Source: Octopus sinensis
Taxonomy: Eukaryota
Direction: 5' to 3'
DNA length: 64,000 bases
NCBI RefSeq assembly: GCF_006345805.1
Contig: NC_043007.1
Coordinates: 14,136,001 to 14,200,000 of the forward strand
Every line of letters begins with the position of its first letter. Positions within the stretch are counted from its first letter, which is position 1. A program made the translations under genes and the position numbers. Positions 20,715 to 34,403 of this stretch are shown in pieces. The notes below the pieces were generated by a model. The model did no database searches and was not told where the DNA came from. It saw only the letters and a list, made by a program, of their open reading frames with translations.

Positions 20715-21965
20715 GAAATAATTAATGTCTTACAGCTGTTTCTGTAGTAACCCAATAATGGGTCAACAACTCTATACACTTGGTATTTGATCCTCAGAGA
20801 GGTGTGTATGCAGGAAAGATCCAAACAGAGATTTCACAGTATATAGAAGAATAATGTTTACAGTTCGTCTTGTCCTAGAGGGTATTGAGGTTAGTCCATA
20901 CTGCCATAAAGGTATAGCCCCTTACATATATTCCCAAATATTCCAGGCAGTATTTTGAATGGTGCATTCAGATTGAAGGAATAGATCTAGTGGTCAGTGT
21001 GTAAGAAAAATGGTGTGCATGGATATGTAATGTGAGAGAGACAGACATCATGATAGACAGATAGATCAGAGAGAAGGGACGGTGAGTGAAGAGAAGAGAG
21101 AGTAGTAGAAATGAATGAAAGATAAAAATGTAATGAGGATAAGTAATGGAAATAAAAAGAATGAGAGTGAAAATAAAAGAAAAATAAAGATAAAAGGATG
21201 GTATTATTCTTCATCAGGGTAGGTTCAGGGTGAGAGGTCAGGGGTTAAGGTTTTGGTAAAATAGAGGAGAAAGGCATTTATGGCTATTAAATTGTAATTA
21301 GAGAGATAGATGGATTCCTGGTTCAGCATGGTCGGAAAGGATATTTAACTTTGGTTCAGTGGTTAGTAAAGAGATCTAAAATGCTAGAAATAGATGCCTA
21401 ACTTAAAGAGAGGGAATATATTAAAATTAAAAGTTAAAAATTAAAACAATTAACAAGACTCATACGGCTAATGTACTTCGAAGATACATATGTTGAGGTA
21501 ATAAATATTTATAGATGAAGGAAATGTGTATATTGTTACGACTGTGAATGTAGAGAGTCAGGTGTCATGCATGTTGATTTTGCTTGCATTTGGACCTGAG
21601 GAAAAACTTAAGGTACAATAAAATTTATGTTTGCAAGAAGAGAATACTTTGTGTTGTCTATTAAGTAATTGTAATAAATCATGAATTAATATTTGGAGGG
21701 CTTCCTTAAAGCAGAGTCTACATGCAGAGCACTAGCCTTGGTATGGGACACCAAAGTCTATTATGACCCAGGTTATCCTATATGGTATTTTCTTATCAGG
21801 TGGTGTATGTGGTTGCCTAAGGATGTGGATTTGCTCTGCTCCTCATATTTAGATGAATTCAGATATCCAGAATATCTCTACTTAAAATTAATTGTATACC
21901 TGATGTAATGGCTAGTAGAACTGTGCAGTGTGGTGTGCACAGTGCATTTATACATAACATTAAAT
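20715..21965 (-). mobile_element. Degraded Penelope-like element remnant (GIY-YIG end and 3' region)
   Basis: Reverse-strand frames read NVMYKCTV...FK*RYSGYLNSSKYEEQSKSTSLGNHIHHL...ITWVIID...CRLCFKEA. A terminal gaaacagctgtaag lies near 20730. Confidence 0.65.
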
Positions 21966-22009
21966 CTTTAATTTACAGATTTAAAGATTTAATGTTGAGA
22001 AAACCCGTC

Positions 22010-22495
22010 AAGCTATGTAAGATCATAGCCATGGCCGATGCCAGTGTTTTGTAAGTGGCCTGCTAAATGCAGCCTTCAGATATTGGGCGATATGCTGTCC
22101 TTGTCAAGACCTGTCGAGCCAAGTTAAATCATAGTCATGACCGATGCCAGTACCATCTGACACATAGAAAGTACCGTTCAAGAATTGGGCTGCATAGAAG
22201 CAGTGACAGGTAACTGAGACCTTTGGCAATATGACATGCTTGTGTACCCCTGCCAAGCCAAATGAGACTGTATTCATGGCCAATATCGGTGTCAGGTCAA
22301 TGGCACCTATGCCAGTGGCACATAAAAAAAAACACCCACAACACTCTTGGAGTGGTTGGCATTAGGAAGAGTATTCAACAGTAGAAAACTTGCAAAATCA
22401 GATTGGAACCTAGTGCAGCTCCACAGTTTACCAGTTTTCAGTTATATCATTCAACTCATGCCAGCAAGGAAAATAGACATTAAATGATGATGATA
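22010..22495 (+). mobile_element. RTE 3' fragment with (GAT)n tail
   Basis: gtgacaggtaactgagacctttggcaatatgac...gagtggttggcattaggaag...gacattaaatgatgatgat, collinear with the RTE 3' end. Confidence 0.7.
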
Positions 22496-22536
22496 TATTT
22501 ATAAACACACACACACACACGCACACATGCACACAT

Positions 22537-22649
<113 letters not shown>

Positions 22650-22687
22650 ATAATATATATATAAATGTTTGTCAATATATATATATA

Positions 22688-23292
22688 CTAGCAGTATTGC
22701 CCGGCTCAACGGGGATTTCAGGGGAGAGTTTCAGAGAGTCGCTGGCGATGTATCGTGATGATCAAAAATCCGGCCTGCTAAAATTTGGTTAAAGTGATTC
22801 AAACTGCAGACTCAACGCAAAATGGTCACATTTGATTCAAAGCGTTAAAAATGCTATGAAAACAATTGGTATGTGTTCACAAAGTCCAAACGATTAATAG
22901 GAAAAAAACCTCCGGGCTACATCCTGAAAATTCCTTTTTTTGCCGAATTTCTACAATGTTTACGGCGATTCGTTTTTATATCTTGATTTTTTATTTTTCA
23001 TGCAATTTACGCATGCTTGCACGCGTGGTGAACACAGTTCACGTCAAACAGGTGACTGAGTAAAGTTCACTATTCAAGGCCTAAACAAACACATTATCGA
23101 TTTTTGCACTTGCAAGATGAATTTCGGAACAGAAATAGCACAGTTCAATTTTCATTCGCCTAAACTTTAAGTGACCCATTTTTGGTGGTTCTACGATTTG
23201 TTGGCTAGGAGGAGATGTGCCGGGAAGTTAAACACACAGACCCACACACAGATACACACACAGACACACAAGTTGAGTTTTATATATATAGA
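22688..23292 (-). mobile_element. Non-autonomous Helitron
   Basis: On the reverse strand: A|TC 5' end (23292), CTAG|T 3' end (22688), and a short GC-rich subterminal hairpin-like sequence (ccc ggctcaac ggg) near 22700. Inserted in an AT microsatellite. Confidence 0.7.
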
Positions 23293-23390
23293 TATACATA
23301 TATAAACACATACAAAATGAGACCGCATGTGTACCGTTGGCGATTTTTTTTTCCTCTGTCTTCCATTCCTTGCATCTTTCCTTTTCCTAT

Positions 23391-23425
23391 GTTTCTGATG
23401 AAGAGCTCTACTCGAAACGTTATAT
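23391..23425 (+). ncRNA. Minimal hammerhead motif in a solo PLE-like fragment (23325-23505)
   Basis: CTGATGA(23395)-a-gag-ctcta-ctc-GAAAC-GTT. The core is canonical but helix I is weak (gttt/atat). Confidence 0.55.
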
Positions 23426-24207
23426 CATCCTTCTTCCTTTTCTGAGCAAACAGTAACACTATACTTGTTCCACGTCCTCGCGTTGTGTTTTCATGTTTGG
23501 ATTAACTATATATATGTGTGTGTGTGTGTGTGTGTTTATAAATATATATATATATATTCATTTATATCAAACAGTGAGAATGAGTGATCAACACTGCATT
23601 GGTGGATAAATCTCTTTATTTGTGGGTTAACAGGGCTGCCAATGCTTTCACATAAAGAGATCTTCACAATTGTTCAAGCTTGCCACAAGAAAGTGTTGGT
23701 ACTTGTCTCCATTTTGGATAGGAATATTCCTATTCAAAATGGAGACAAGTAATATTTTTCTGCGGTACACAGGGAGCATATCTTGGAACCATTTATGAAA
23801 AGGTTAACATCGTCTATTAATGTCCAGTTTATATTTATATCAGTAACATTCTCTCTTAAAATTCAATTTTGCGTAATAAAGACATTCTGTTTCATCTTTA
23901 AATGTTACAGAAGAAGTATATATCTTGTCTTGCTTGTACTTTAAATATAGATTTTGGTGGTTTGTACTTTTTTGCATTTTACTGTATAGAACTGCATTTT
24001 TTTGTTAGCCAATTTCCTTTTAATGGATATAACTTTGATCTCTTGAAGTTGGATCTGTTTTCAATTGTGACTTTCTTTTATATATAGTTATTTAAATCTT
24101 GGATGCTGAGCATTTTGCTTCTTGTACAGCTATGGACATAATTGTCATTCAGTAAATAACATGATACTTGTTTCTTTGTTTAGGTCACAGAATATCCAGT
24201 GAGAAAG

Positions 24208-26597
24208 ATGAACACAATGAGAACATTCAAACTCAGCTTCTTCTATTTAAGTCTATTATCAATAAACCAACAAAGCAAAGCTGATAATATACTTTTCCTT
24301 TCAATGCCCGCTTTCAGTCATGTTCAAAACCAAATTCATACAGCGATGAAATTAAAGGCATATGGCCACACAAGTTACTTCTCATTACCACCTAAACTGA
24401 TAACTCATTTCAAGAATAAAGATGGTATTAAGTTCATTCCTATTAAAGAAGACCAAAATGTAACTTCATTTATTGAATTATCAATCAAATTCTTTTTAAG
24501 AACAGAGGAAATTAGCTGGCTTCAAATAAAACAGGTGACAAAAAATATGTGTGACAACTTCCTCTTAGACAGTGATTGGTATCATTCTATAAAAGAACTA
24601 AATGCCTCTTTGGCAATTGTAGATTCTGCTTTCTTTACTGAGTGTTTAGCTATTGTCCCATATAGATTATCAATTCCATTTGTATTTCAGGGTTTGTTTA
24701 CTGGACCACCTTTTTTGAGGAGAGTTCCTTGGAATCCAGCCGTGTTTCCAGTACTTGATTCTAAATATTCTGATAAAATGACATTTTTCCAAAAGCTTAA
24801 AAACACTATTGCAACATATGGCTTTTATATCACTGCCCCCTTGGCTCCCCCATCAAAGAGTGTCAAGGAATATGCCCCAGAAAAAAATGATATACCATTT
24901 GAAAGCGTTTTGCGAAAAGCTGTTATTCTTAACTGAGAGTGATCTGTTACTGAGTTATCCAAAACCCAGTCTCCCTTCTGAAGTATTTATTGGTGGAGTA
25001 GCAACTCATCCTGCATTGCCTCTACAAGGTGACATAAAGGAGTTTGTTGAAAGGTCTAAGCATGGAATCATCGTTGTTTCCTTTGGAAGTTACATAAGAG
25101 AGTTACCAAAAGAGCATATAGCGAAAATGGAGAAGGCTTTTAAAGAAATAAAGTATGATGTCATTTGGAAACGACCAGACTCAAAGCAATTAGCATCAAA
25201 CATCCTCATAAAACAATGGCTGCCACAAAATGATCTTTTGGGTCATCCAAAAACAAAACTCTTCATTACACATTGTGGAAATAATGGTCAGTTTGAAGCT
25301 CTTTATCATGGAGTTCCAAAATGTAAGCAGATTTATTGAGTTATCTATGAAATTCTTTTCAAGAAAGAAAGAAGGCAGCTGGCTTCAAATAAAACAGCTG
25401 ATACAAAAAATGTGTGACAACTTCCTCTTAGACAATGATTGGTATCATTCTATAAAAGAACTAAATGCCTCTTTAGCAATTGTAGATTCTGCTTTCTTTA
25501 GTCAGTGTTTAGCTATTGTCCCATATAGGCTATCAATTCCATTTCTATTTCAAGGTCTGGCTCTTGGACCACCTTCTTTAAGGAGAGTTCCTTGGAATCC
25601 AGCTGTGTTTCCACTTCTCAGTTTTGCACATTCTGATAAAATGACATTTTTCCAAAAGCTTAAAAACACTCTTTTAACATGCAGCTTCTTTATCTTTTTC
25701 CCCATGGTTTCCCCATCAAAGAGTGTCGAGGAATATGCCCCAGAAAAAAATGATATACCATTTGAAAGCGTTTTGCGAAAAGCTCAGTTATTCTTAACTG
25801 AGAGTGATCTGTTACTCAGTTATCCAAAACCCAGTCTCCCTTCTGAAGTATTTATTGGTGGAGTAGCAACTCATCCTGCATTGCCTCTACAAGGTGACAT
25901 AAAGGAGTTTGTTGAAAGGTCTAAGCATGGAATCATCGTTGTTTCCTTTGGAAGTTACATAAGAGAGTTACCAAAAGAGCATATAGCGAAAATGGAGAAG
26001 GCTTTTAAAGAAATAAAGTATGATGTCATTTGGAAACGACCAGACTCAAAGCAATTAGCATCAAACATCCTCATAAAACAATGGCTGCCACAAAATGATC
26101 TTTTGGGTCATCCAAAAACAAAACTCTTCATTACACATTGTGGAAATAATGGTCAGTTTGAAGCTCTTTATCATGGAGTTCCAATGCTCGGATTACCAGT
26201 ATTTGGAGATCAGTTTCAAAATGGCCATCAAATGCACGTAAAGGAATATGGAATTTCTATGGATATATATAATTACAATAAAGATGAACTTGTATCAAAC
26301 ATTAACGAACTGATTGAGAATTCAAAATATAAAACTAATATAAAACTTGCCAGTGAAATATTTCATTCCCGTCCAGAACACCCAGCAGAAAGGGCTGCTC
26401 GGTATGTAGACCATGTGATAAAGTATGGCGGAGATTATTTAAGATCACCCTCTCAAAATATGCCTCTTTACCAATTTCTCATGCTGGATATCTATGCTAC
26501 ATTTCTGGCTATAATCATAGCTGTTGTGTTGGTTGTTAAGTTTGTGGTTTTAAAATGTTATCGATGTTGTTTTGCGAAAAAGAAGAAAACGGAATAA
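24208..26597 (+). pseudogene. UGT type 2 locus with a 2-bp frameshift and an ~865-bp internal tandem duplication (chimera of two paralogs or alleles)
   Basis: ATG at 24208. aaagctgtta at ~24920 versus aaagctcagtta in paralogs. At 25316-25323 the sequence jumps from the signature motif (HGVP) back to the N-terminal QNVSRFIEL via a ccaa(a)atg microhomology, then runs to a normal end (AKKKKTE). Confidence 0.85.
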
Positions 26598-27065
26598 ACA
26601 GAAGCAATGTTATTGTAACTGACTGGTGAGGCAATGAGCTGGCAGAATTGTTACTATGCTGGACAAGATGCTTAGCAGCATTGCCATTCGTCTTTATGTT
26701 CTGAGTTCAAATTCTGCTGAGGTCGATTTTGCCTTACATATTTTAGGAATCAATAAAATAAGTACCAGTTGAACACTGGTGTCATTGTAATCGACTAGGC
26801 CTCTCCCACCAAAATTTCAGGCCTTGTGTCTATTGCAGGAAGAATTTTTAAAACTGACTGATCTCATCAAAATATTCTTATTCAATATAATATTACTTAA
26901 CATTTCGATTGTCAGAATATAAAACGGAATAGGTGGATATTAACTACTACTACTACTATTACTACTACTACTACTACTAACACTAACACTACCACCATCT
27001 CTACCACTGTGACAAATACTGCTACCAGTTGGTTACAGGTTACAGTAGCTATTCAATATCAGGTC

Positions 27066-27285
27066 TAAGTTAAGGTGGCAAGCTGGCAGAATCGTTAGCG
27101 TGTCAGGCGAAATGCTAAGCGGTATTTTGTCTGTCTTTAGATTCTGTGTTCAAATTCCACAGAGGTTGATTTTGCCTTTCATCCTTTCAGGGCCAATAAA
27201 TTAAGTAGCAGTTCCATACTGGAGTCGTTCTAATCAACTGGCCCCCTCCCCCAAAATTTCGGGCCTTGTGCCTAGAGTAGAAAAG
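27066..27285 (+). mobile_element. SINE with degenerate ~11-bp TSD, absent from the paralogous flank at ~50580
   Basis: aatatcaggtc / aatatcaaatc flanks; the empty site aatatcaagtcacag lies at ~50578. Confidence 0.75.
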
Positions 27286-28374
27286 AATATCAAATCACAG
27301 TTGTACCAAATGTATTCAGACAACATTTATGTACGTGTGGAGAACTGTTGTGCCTCAGTTCTGCATATGTTAGTCACCCCTGCAGTGACTCCTTCTACAC
27401 TTTTCTAAATCTTCTACCAATGTGGTAGTTCAGTCTCTTTTCCTGAACCACTAAGTTACAGACATACACACACACACACACAAACAAAACCACTTACACA
27501 TATGTATATATACACTCGGTGTAATTGTGACCCATTGGGTCAAAACCACTTCTACTTGAATATGTCGATGCACAATGGTGAAGGAAAAAATGTTATTTGC
27601 CCTCAAAACTTCATGTAATAAACTCAAAACTTCATGCAATAAAACAGTTCTCCTGCCATTGGTGTGACAACATAAACACAACCAAATCTTTCTTCTTTGA
27701 AAATATTCACACAGCCTTCAAATTTTTTCCTTGCTTTCTTTTTGCTATTCTTTGTTATTACTGTTCAAAGTGAAATACATGGGTACCTAAGCATAAATAA
27801 TGTTTTTGCAAATTCATCAGCAATTCACAATGAAAAGAATTCTGTCAATGTTGTTCTCATGTGTCGTTCACTGACAGCCATATATAACCTTATTATTTCT
27901 GAGCAATATTCTTTGTTCATCTGCTAGCTGAACTTGCAGTTTCAATTTTGTAGGTGCTCTTACTGTGTCGTTGTTTACCACCACCACCCACCCACCCAGA
28001 TACTCACCAGTCACAGCATTCCCCAACCTCACACTTCTTGGCAATACCCTGACCTCTGTACCACAGGGGTATGACCCAGCACCCTCAACCATTTATTTCT
28101 CTCTTCCTTATTCTACCATCCCATCAATACTCTGGTCCCTGTTCCTTGCAAGTGTACCCTAGCACCTCGCTGCCATCTCTCTCCTACTCTCACTTGCATT
28201 CCTGTCATCTCCCACCCACTCTCTTTTTCCCTTATTTTTCCCTCTGGCTGACAAACCAAGTATCACTTTTACTGCTGCACACCTCTTTCTGTCCTCTTTC
28301 TCCTTAACTCTCTCTCTCTGGCTGGGTAACCATGTACTTCCTCTTCCTAAGCACACCTGTTTCTTATTTACTTT

Positions 28375-28750
28375 CTCTTTTACTTGTTTCAGTCATTTGA
28401 CTGCGGCCATGCTGGAGCACCACCTTTAGTCGAGCAAATCAACCCCGGGACTTATTCTTTTGTAAGCCCAGTACTTATTCTATCAGTCTCTTTTGCCAAA
28501 CTGCCAAGTGACGGGGACGTAAACACACCAGCATCAGTTGTCAAGCAATGCTAGGGGGACAAACACAGACACACACATACATACATATATACGACAAGCT
28601 TCTTTCAGTTTCCGTCTACCTAATCCACTCACAAAGCTTTGGTCGGCCCGGGGCTATAGCAGAAGACACTTGCCCAAGGTGCCACGCAGTGGGACTGAAC
28701 CCGGAACCATGTGGTTGGTTAGCAAGCTACTTACCACACAGCCACTCCTA
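28375..28750 (-). mobile_element. tRNA-derived SINE
   Basis: Same family as 8304-8718. Confidence 0.85.
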
Positions 28751-28796
28751 CATTATTTACAGGTGACAGACATTTGTCCTCAACTTGTTTGTTGTT

Positions 28797-28842
28797 AACA
28801 CAACATTTCGGCTGATATATCCTCCAGCCTTCATCAGGTGTC
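28797..28842 (-). ncRNA. Minimal type I hammerhead motif (PLE-type)
   Basis: Reverse strand: gacac-CTGATGA-a-ggctg-gaggatatat-cagcc-GAAAT-GTT-gtgtt. Helix I and a 5-bp helix II are intact. Confidence 0.7.
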
Positions 28843-29120
28843 TTGGGGGTATTTCAAACCTGGGTTCTCATTCCTAAGGTATTTTTTGATGGTGTTATTT
28901 TTATTAATACAAAATTTTGTATTATTATTATTCAGGTCACTGCCTGGATCGAACTTGGAATCTTGGGGTTAGTAGCTCGCGCTCTTAACCACTGTGCCAT
29001 ATGCACGTTTCTGCACACATTTTTGACCTCTCTCTCTCTCTCCTTCTCTTGCTCTTCCCTCCAGCTAGGCAATCATGTGTCTCCTTTACTGCAGTACAAC
29101 TCTCCAGTTATTTCTCTTAT

Positions 29121-29161
<41 letters not shown>

Positions 29162-30568
29162 TTTTTTTACAGCTGGATGCTCTTCCTATTGCTAACCTTT
29201 ACCTGTTTTTCAAGTAAAGGAACTTATTGCCACACATCTTGAAAAGCACAAAGCAACTGGTTTGTTCAATGGTACCGCTGATTGTAGCTCATGATTCTCA
29301 GAGAGGGTCCACTGTAAACAGACGCAAAGTGCAACATGCACACATGCTCACTCACAAACATGTACACACACACACACATACTATGCATGTTTGCAGGTGT
29401 GTAACTAACTGGAACTCTGTCACATGACAAATGTCATTTTCCATAGCCTTGTGTTATGCATTGTTTCGTTCGTGATGGGGTGATAGACAACTCAATGAAG
29501 GCATTGTTATTGTTTTACGTGTTTATTTTGCTTAACCTGTTTTCGAACTGTCGATATACAGCGGAGTGATACACATTGTGCGTATCCGCCTTCGCAGTTC
29601 ATACTGTTTACTAACAAATAGTGCCGATAGCGGGGATGCACTCATACATACGCATACCTACGTATACACATAGATATGAATGTGTAACACCTTGAGTTGA
29701 CCCACACCTTGTGAGCGAAGTTGAATAGAGGACTGACACGCTTTCAACAATGGGCAGCCACAGCGTTCAGCCAGCTAAGAATTTGAACTCAAAGTGTAAA
29801 CAGCTGGAAGAAATACTGCAAGGCAGTTTTCCTGAAGCTCTAACGGTTTTGCTTAATAAAGATAATACTGATAATAGCTATTTATGATAATGCTATCAAT
29901 CGATGCATGCTGCAACATTTCTTGATCTTCCCTTTCTATCATAACAGAATGACTTTGCAATCTCCTCGATTCATGATTAAGCTCTTGTATGACTAAAATG
30001 TTGAAATAGGTTTGGGATCTTTTCGGTTTGACCGGCAGTTTTTCTTGCGGTGTCATATGAAATTGTCACCCATAATTATGACCCTAGTATCGATCTATTG
30101 CATTTCAATCTGTTTTAGGTTTAGGGTTAGTTAGGATTAGGGTTAGGGGTGGGGGGAAGGGTATCTTTTTTTCTTCAGAAATGTAAATAAACCCAATCTG
30201 TTTCTTAAACGAAGGACAAATTCATACGGCACAGAATGTTTTCACCTCAATAGACATCACTGATTGGTTGAAATTGCAGAAATTGAAGAAAAAAAACAAC
30301 AAATATCTTACAAACCATAGAATTTTCTCAATAAAGCCAAGAGAAAAAGATGTTTTTTAAACACATTCTACCAATATACGAAGTTTAAAAGTGTTTAGTT
30401 ACGTGGATATTATTTTTAAAAACAGCCGGTCAAACCGAAAAGATCCTAGGTTTGTTCCTTTCTCATTTATTTATATCGTTGTGGGTTTTTTTGTTTTTTT
30501 TCAATAATTTTTAGTAATAATAATTATTATGTTTTATAATACCTTCAGATATTTGAAGAAGTTGCAAA

Positions 30569-32095
30569 ATGACTATGATGCGGAAAATTCTATTTAGCAG
30601 CATACTATCTGGCATTTTGGAACAAGAATAAAGTTGCTGAGGCTGACAACGTACTTCTACTGTCGTGGCCCCTCTTTAGTCATGTACAGGCTTTGGCTTC
30701 TATGGGCAGAGAACTGAGTAAATTTTCTCATACAAGTTACTTGCCCATTACCGAAGACCTCGTTGAGCATTTCAAGACATACAAAGAGTAAAAATTATGC
30801 AAATGAAAAGTGACCCAAACCTTCTGACATTTACGGAAAAGGGAATGCAGCTACTTTATAAAGATTCAAATGTAACATTTAAGCAGCTTCAAGAAATCAT
30901 GGACGTTATTTGTGATAACTTATTATTCGATGAAGATTGGTTTCAGTCATTGAAAGCTGTCAATGCCACAATCGCAGTGATAGATTATGTGTTTATGAGT
31001 AACTGTCTGGCTATCATACCATACAGATTATCTATTCCATATGTATTTCAAGGACTTAATTTTCAACATTATGCTATCAGTCGAACACCCTGGCTGCCGT
31101 CAACATTTCCTCACCAGGGACTTATTAACTCAGATAAAATGAATTTCTACGACAGACTTGAAAACAGTTTCGTAACGATGTCTGCATATTTCAGACGACT
31201 AAATGGAGCTCCACAGAAAAGTGTTAAAACGTTTGCTCCACAAAAGCCTGATATAACTTTTACGAGTTTGATGCAGCAAGCTGATTTATATCTGATTGAG
31301 ACAGACACAGTACTGGACTATCCAATTCCGACACTTCCTAATGTCGTATCCATCGGTGGAATTTCAACCCGACCAGCTTCTGCATTGAAAGGGGACTTAC
31401 GTAAATTTGTCGATGAATCTAATCATGGGATTATCGTTGTTTCGTTTGGAAGTTTTTTGGAAGAGTTACCAAAGGAAGTCATTGCAAAGATGGAACTGGC
31501 ATTTCAAGAAATAAAATATAGCGTCGTTTGGAAACGGCCAGATGCAAAACAATTGGCACCAAACATCTTTGTCACAAAATGGTTGCCACAAAATGATCTT
31601 TTGGGTCATTCAAAAACAAAACTCTTCATTACACATTGTGGAAATAATGGTCAGTTTGAAGCTCTTTATCATGGAGTTCCAATGCTCGGATTCCCAGTAT
31701 TTGCCGAACAATATCATAATGGACATCGAATACACATCAAGGGATATGGTATATCAATGGATTTGTTTAATTACAGTAAAGACGAACTTGTATCAAATAT
31801 AAATGAACTGATTGAGAATCCAAAATATAAAGCTAAAATAAAAATTGCAAGTGAAATATATCGGTCACAACCAGAACACCCAGCAGCTAAAGGTGCGAGG
31901 TATATAGACCACGTAATAAAATACGGTGGAGATCATTTAAGATCTTCTTGTCAAACTATGCCACTTTATCAATATTTCATGCTGGATATATATTTAGTAA
32001 TATTTATGATTTTCATTATTTTAACATTAATGATGAGTATTGTCATTCGAAAATGTTATTTACATTTTACAAAGAAAAATATTAAGCTTGATTAA
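30569..32095 (+). pseudogene. Near-identical copy of the type 1 UGT with two small deletions (or sequencing errors)
   Basis: A 2-bp loss at ~30608 (catactatctgg vs catactacttctgg) gives MTMMRKILFSSILSGILEQE*. A 1-bp loss at ~30786 (aaagag vs aaaggag) follows. Downstream translation 30797-32095 is identical to copy A. Confidence 0.8.
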
Positions 32096-32608
32096 TTTCA
32101 TTAATATTGTATCTGGTTAATCATACAAAATATCCACCTGATAATATTTCATTAAAAAAAATGTTTAAGCCATTAATCTTTACAATTCTATACAAAATTT
32201 CAAACCATTACTTTTCAATAAAGAGATTTTTTTCCTTGGTAAAAAAATTTTGCAAATTTATTAGAAAGAATAAAATTGTCTTTCTTTTGTGTCTTTTCCA
32301 AAGTTTTCACAGCATAATACATTGGGACCAAACCCAGAATCTTATGGCTGGAAAACAAGCTTTTTACCACACAGCCATATGTGCATCTATACTCTTTACT
32401 CTTTTACTCTTTTACTTGTTTCAGTCACTTGACTGCGGCCATGCTGGAGCACCGCCTTTAATCGAGCAACTCGACCCTGGGACTTATTCTTTTGTAAGCC
32501 CAGTACTTATTCTATCGGTCCCTTTTGCCGAACCGCTAAGTAAGGGGGACGTAAACACACCAGCATCGGTTGTCAAGCAATGCTAGGGGGACAAACACAG
32601 ACACACAA

Positions 32609-32657
<49 letters not shown>

Positions 32658-34403
32658 TACGACAGGCTTCTTTCAGTTTCCGTCTACCAAATCCACTCAC
32701 AATGCATTGGTCGGCCCGGGGCTATAGCAGAAGACACTTGCCCTAGGTGCCACGCAGTGGGATTGAACCTGGAACCATGTGGTTGGTTAGCAAGCTACTT
32801 ACCACACAGTCACTCCTGCGCCTATGAATATTTAATTTTCAAAAAGCAAATATGTATTACCTTATAATATTATTAAATAAAACACATTTCTCATTTCGTT
32901 AAATTCACCCCATTACTACTACCTCATTTACTCCCTCTCTTCCTTCCTGTTTTCTATGATTCTTTCTCTCTCACCATGTTTAGCTTTCCTTTATTCATTG
33001 CCTGCCACCAAGCCCAGTACATGCACTCGTCCTGCACCTCTTCTACTATCTCTCTCTGTATCTCTATTATACTCTCTCTCCCTCTCTCTCTTCACTCTAT
33101 ACAATGTAAAGCATGACTGGAGAAATCAAGCAACCAGCATTTATATCAGCTAGACACCAGTGCTGGTGACACATAAAACCACCATTCAAGCGTAGCAGTT
33201 ACTAACATCGCCTGACTGACGTCCGTGTCGGTGACACGTAAAAAGCACCAACCGATCGTGGCCGTTTGCCAGCCCTCTCTGGCCCCTGTGCCGGAGGCAC
33301 GTAAAAAGCACCCACTACACTCATGGAGTGGTTGGCGTTAGGAAGGGCATCCAGCTGTAGAAACACTGCCAAATCAGACTGGAGCCTGGTGCAGCCTCCA
33401 TGGCTTACCAGACCCTGGTTGAACCGTCCAACCCATGCTAGCATGGAAAACGGACGTTAAATTAACAGAACCATTAGCATGTCAGGCAAAATTTCTTAAC
33501 AGTATTTCGTCCATCTTTATGGTCTGAGTTCAAATTCTGCCAAGGTCAACCTTATCTTTCATCATTTCAGTGTCATTAAAATACGTACCAGTTGAGCACT
33601 GAGGCCCATGTAATTGACTTACCTAACCCCCTAAATATTGCTGGCCTTGTGCTAAAATTTGAACCCAATACTATATAGAGAGGTGGAGGCGCATGGCTTA
33701 GTGGTTAGGGTGTCAGCATCATGATCGTAAGATTGTGGTTTCGATTCCTGGATCGGGCGACGCGTGTTCTTGAGCAAAACACTTCATTTCACGTTGCTCC
33801 AGTCCACTCAGCTGGCAAAAATGAGTAACGCTGTGATGGACTGGCGTCCCATCCAGCTGGGGATCACATACGCCATAGAAACCGGGAAACCGGGCTCACG
33901 AGCCTGGCTAGGCTTTAAAAGGGCGCATTTATTTTCATTATTATATAGAGATGAAAGGCAGTGAGCTAGCAGAATTGTTAAGCCTGTTGTGCAAAAATGC
34001 TAAGCAGCATTTCACCTATCTTTACATTCTGAGTTCAAATACTGCCAAGGTTGATTTTGTCCTTCATTCTTTTGGGGGCACGGGGCCTTAAAATAAGTAC
34101 CAGTTAAGCATTGGGGTCAAAGTAATTGTTCTCTTCCACAAAATTGCTGGCCGGGCCTTGTACTAAAATTTGTAAGCATTATTATATAGTGATGAGGTGC
34201 AAATAAGATGTGATTCCTTTAATGGTGTTAGCACAGGCATGGCTGTGTGGTAAGAAACTTGCTTCCCAACCACATGGTCCTGGGTTCAGTTCCACTGCGT
34301 GGAATCTAGGATGTATTCTACTATAGCCTCAGGCTGACCAAAGCTTTGTATGTGGATTTCATAGATGGAAACTGAAAGAAGCCTATTGTGTGTATATATA
34401 GGC

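Noticed and set aside
20715-20775. Hammerheads at ~20730 (minus) and ~51905-51940 (plus) based on GAAAC-AGCT-GTA
   Set aside because: The CUGANGA half and helix II are not recognisable, so these are at most decayed PLE remnants.
24199-24207. GTG start for type 2 UGTs (also 47403, 60282)
   Set aside because: An in-frame ATG lies 9 nt downstream, and eukaryotic initiation at ATG is the simpler reading.
25230-26597. Independent intact 455-aa UGT
   Set aside because: Its first ~30 aa are an out-of-frame reading of the signature region. It lacks the signal peptide and catalytic His, and arises from the duplication junction.
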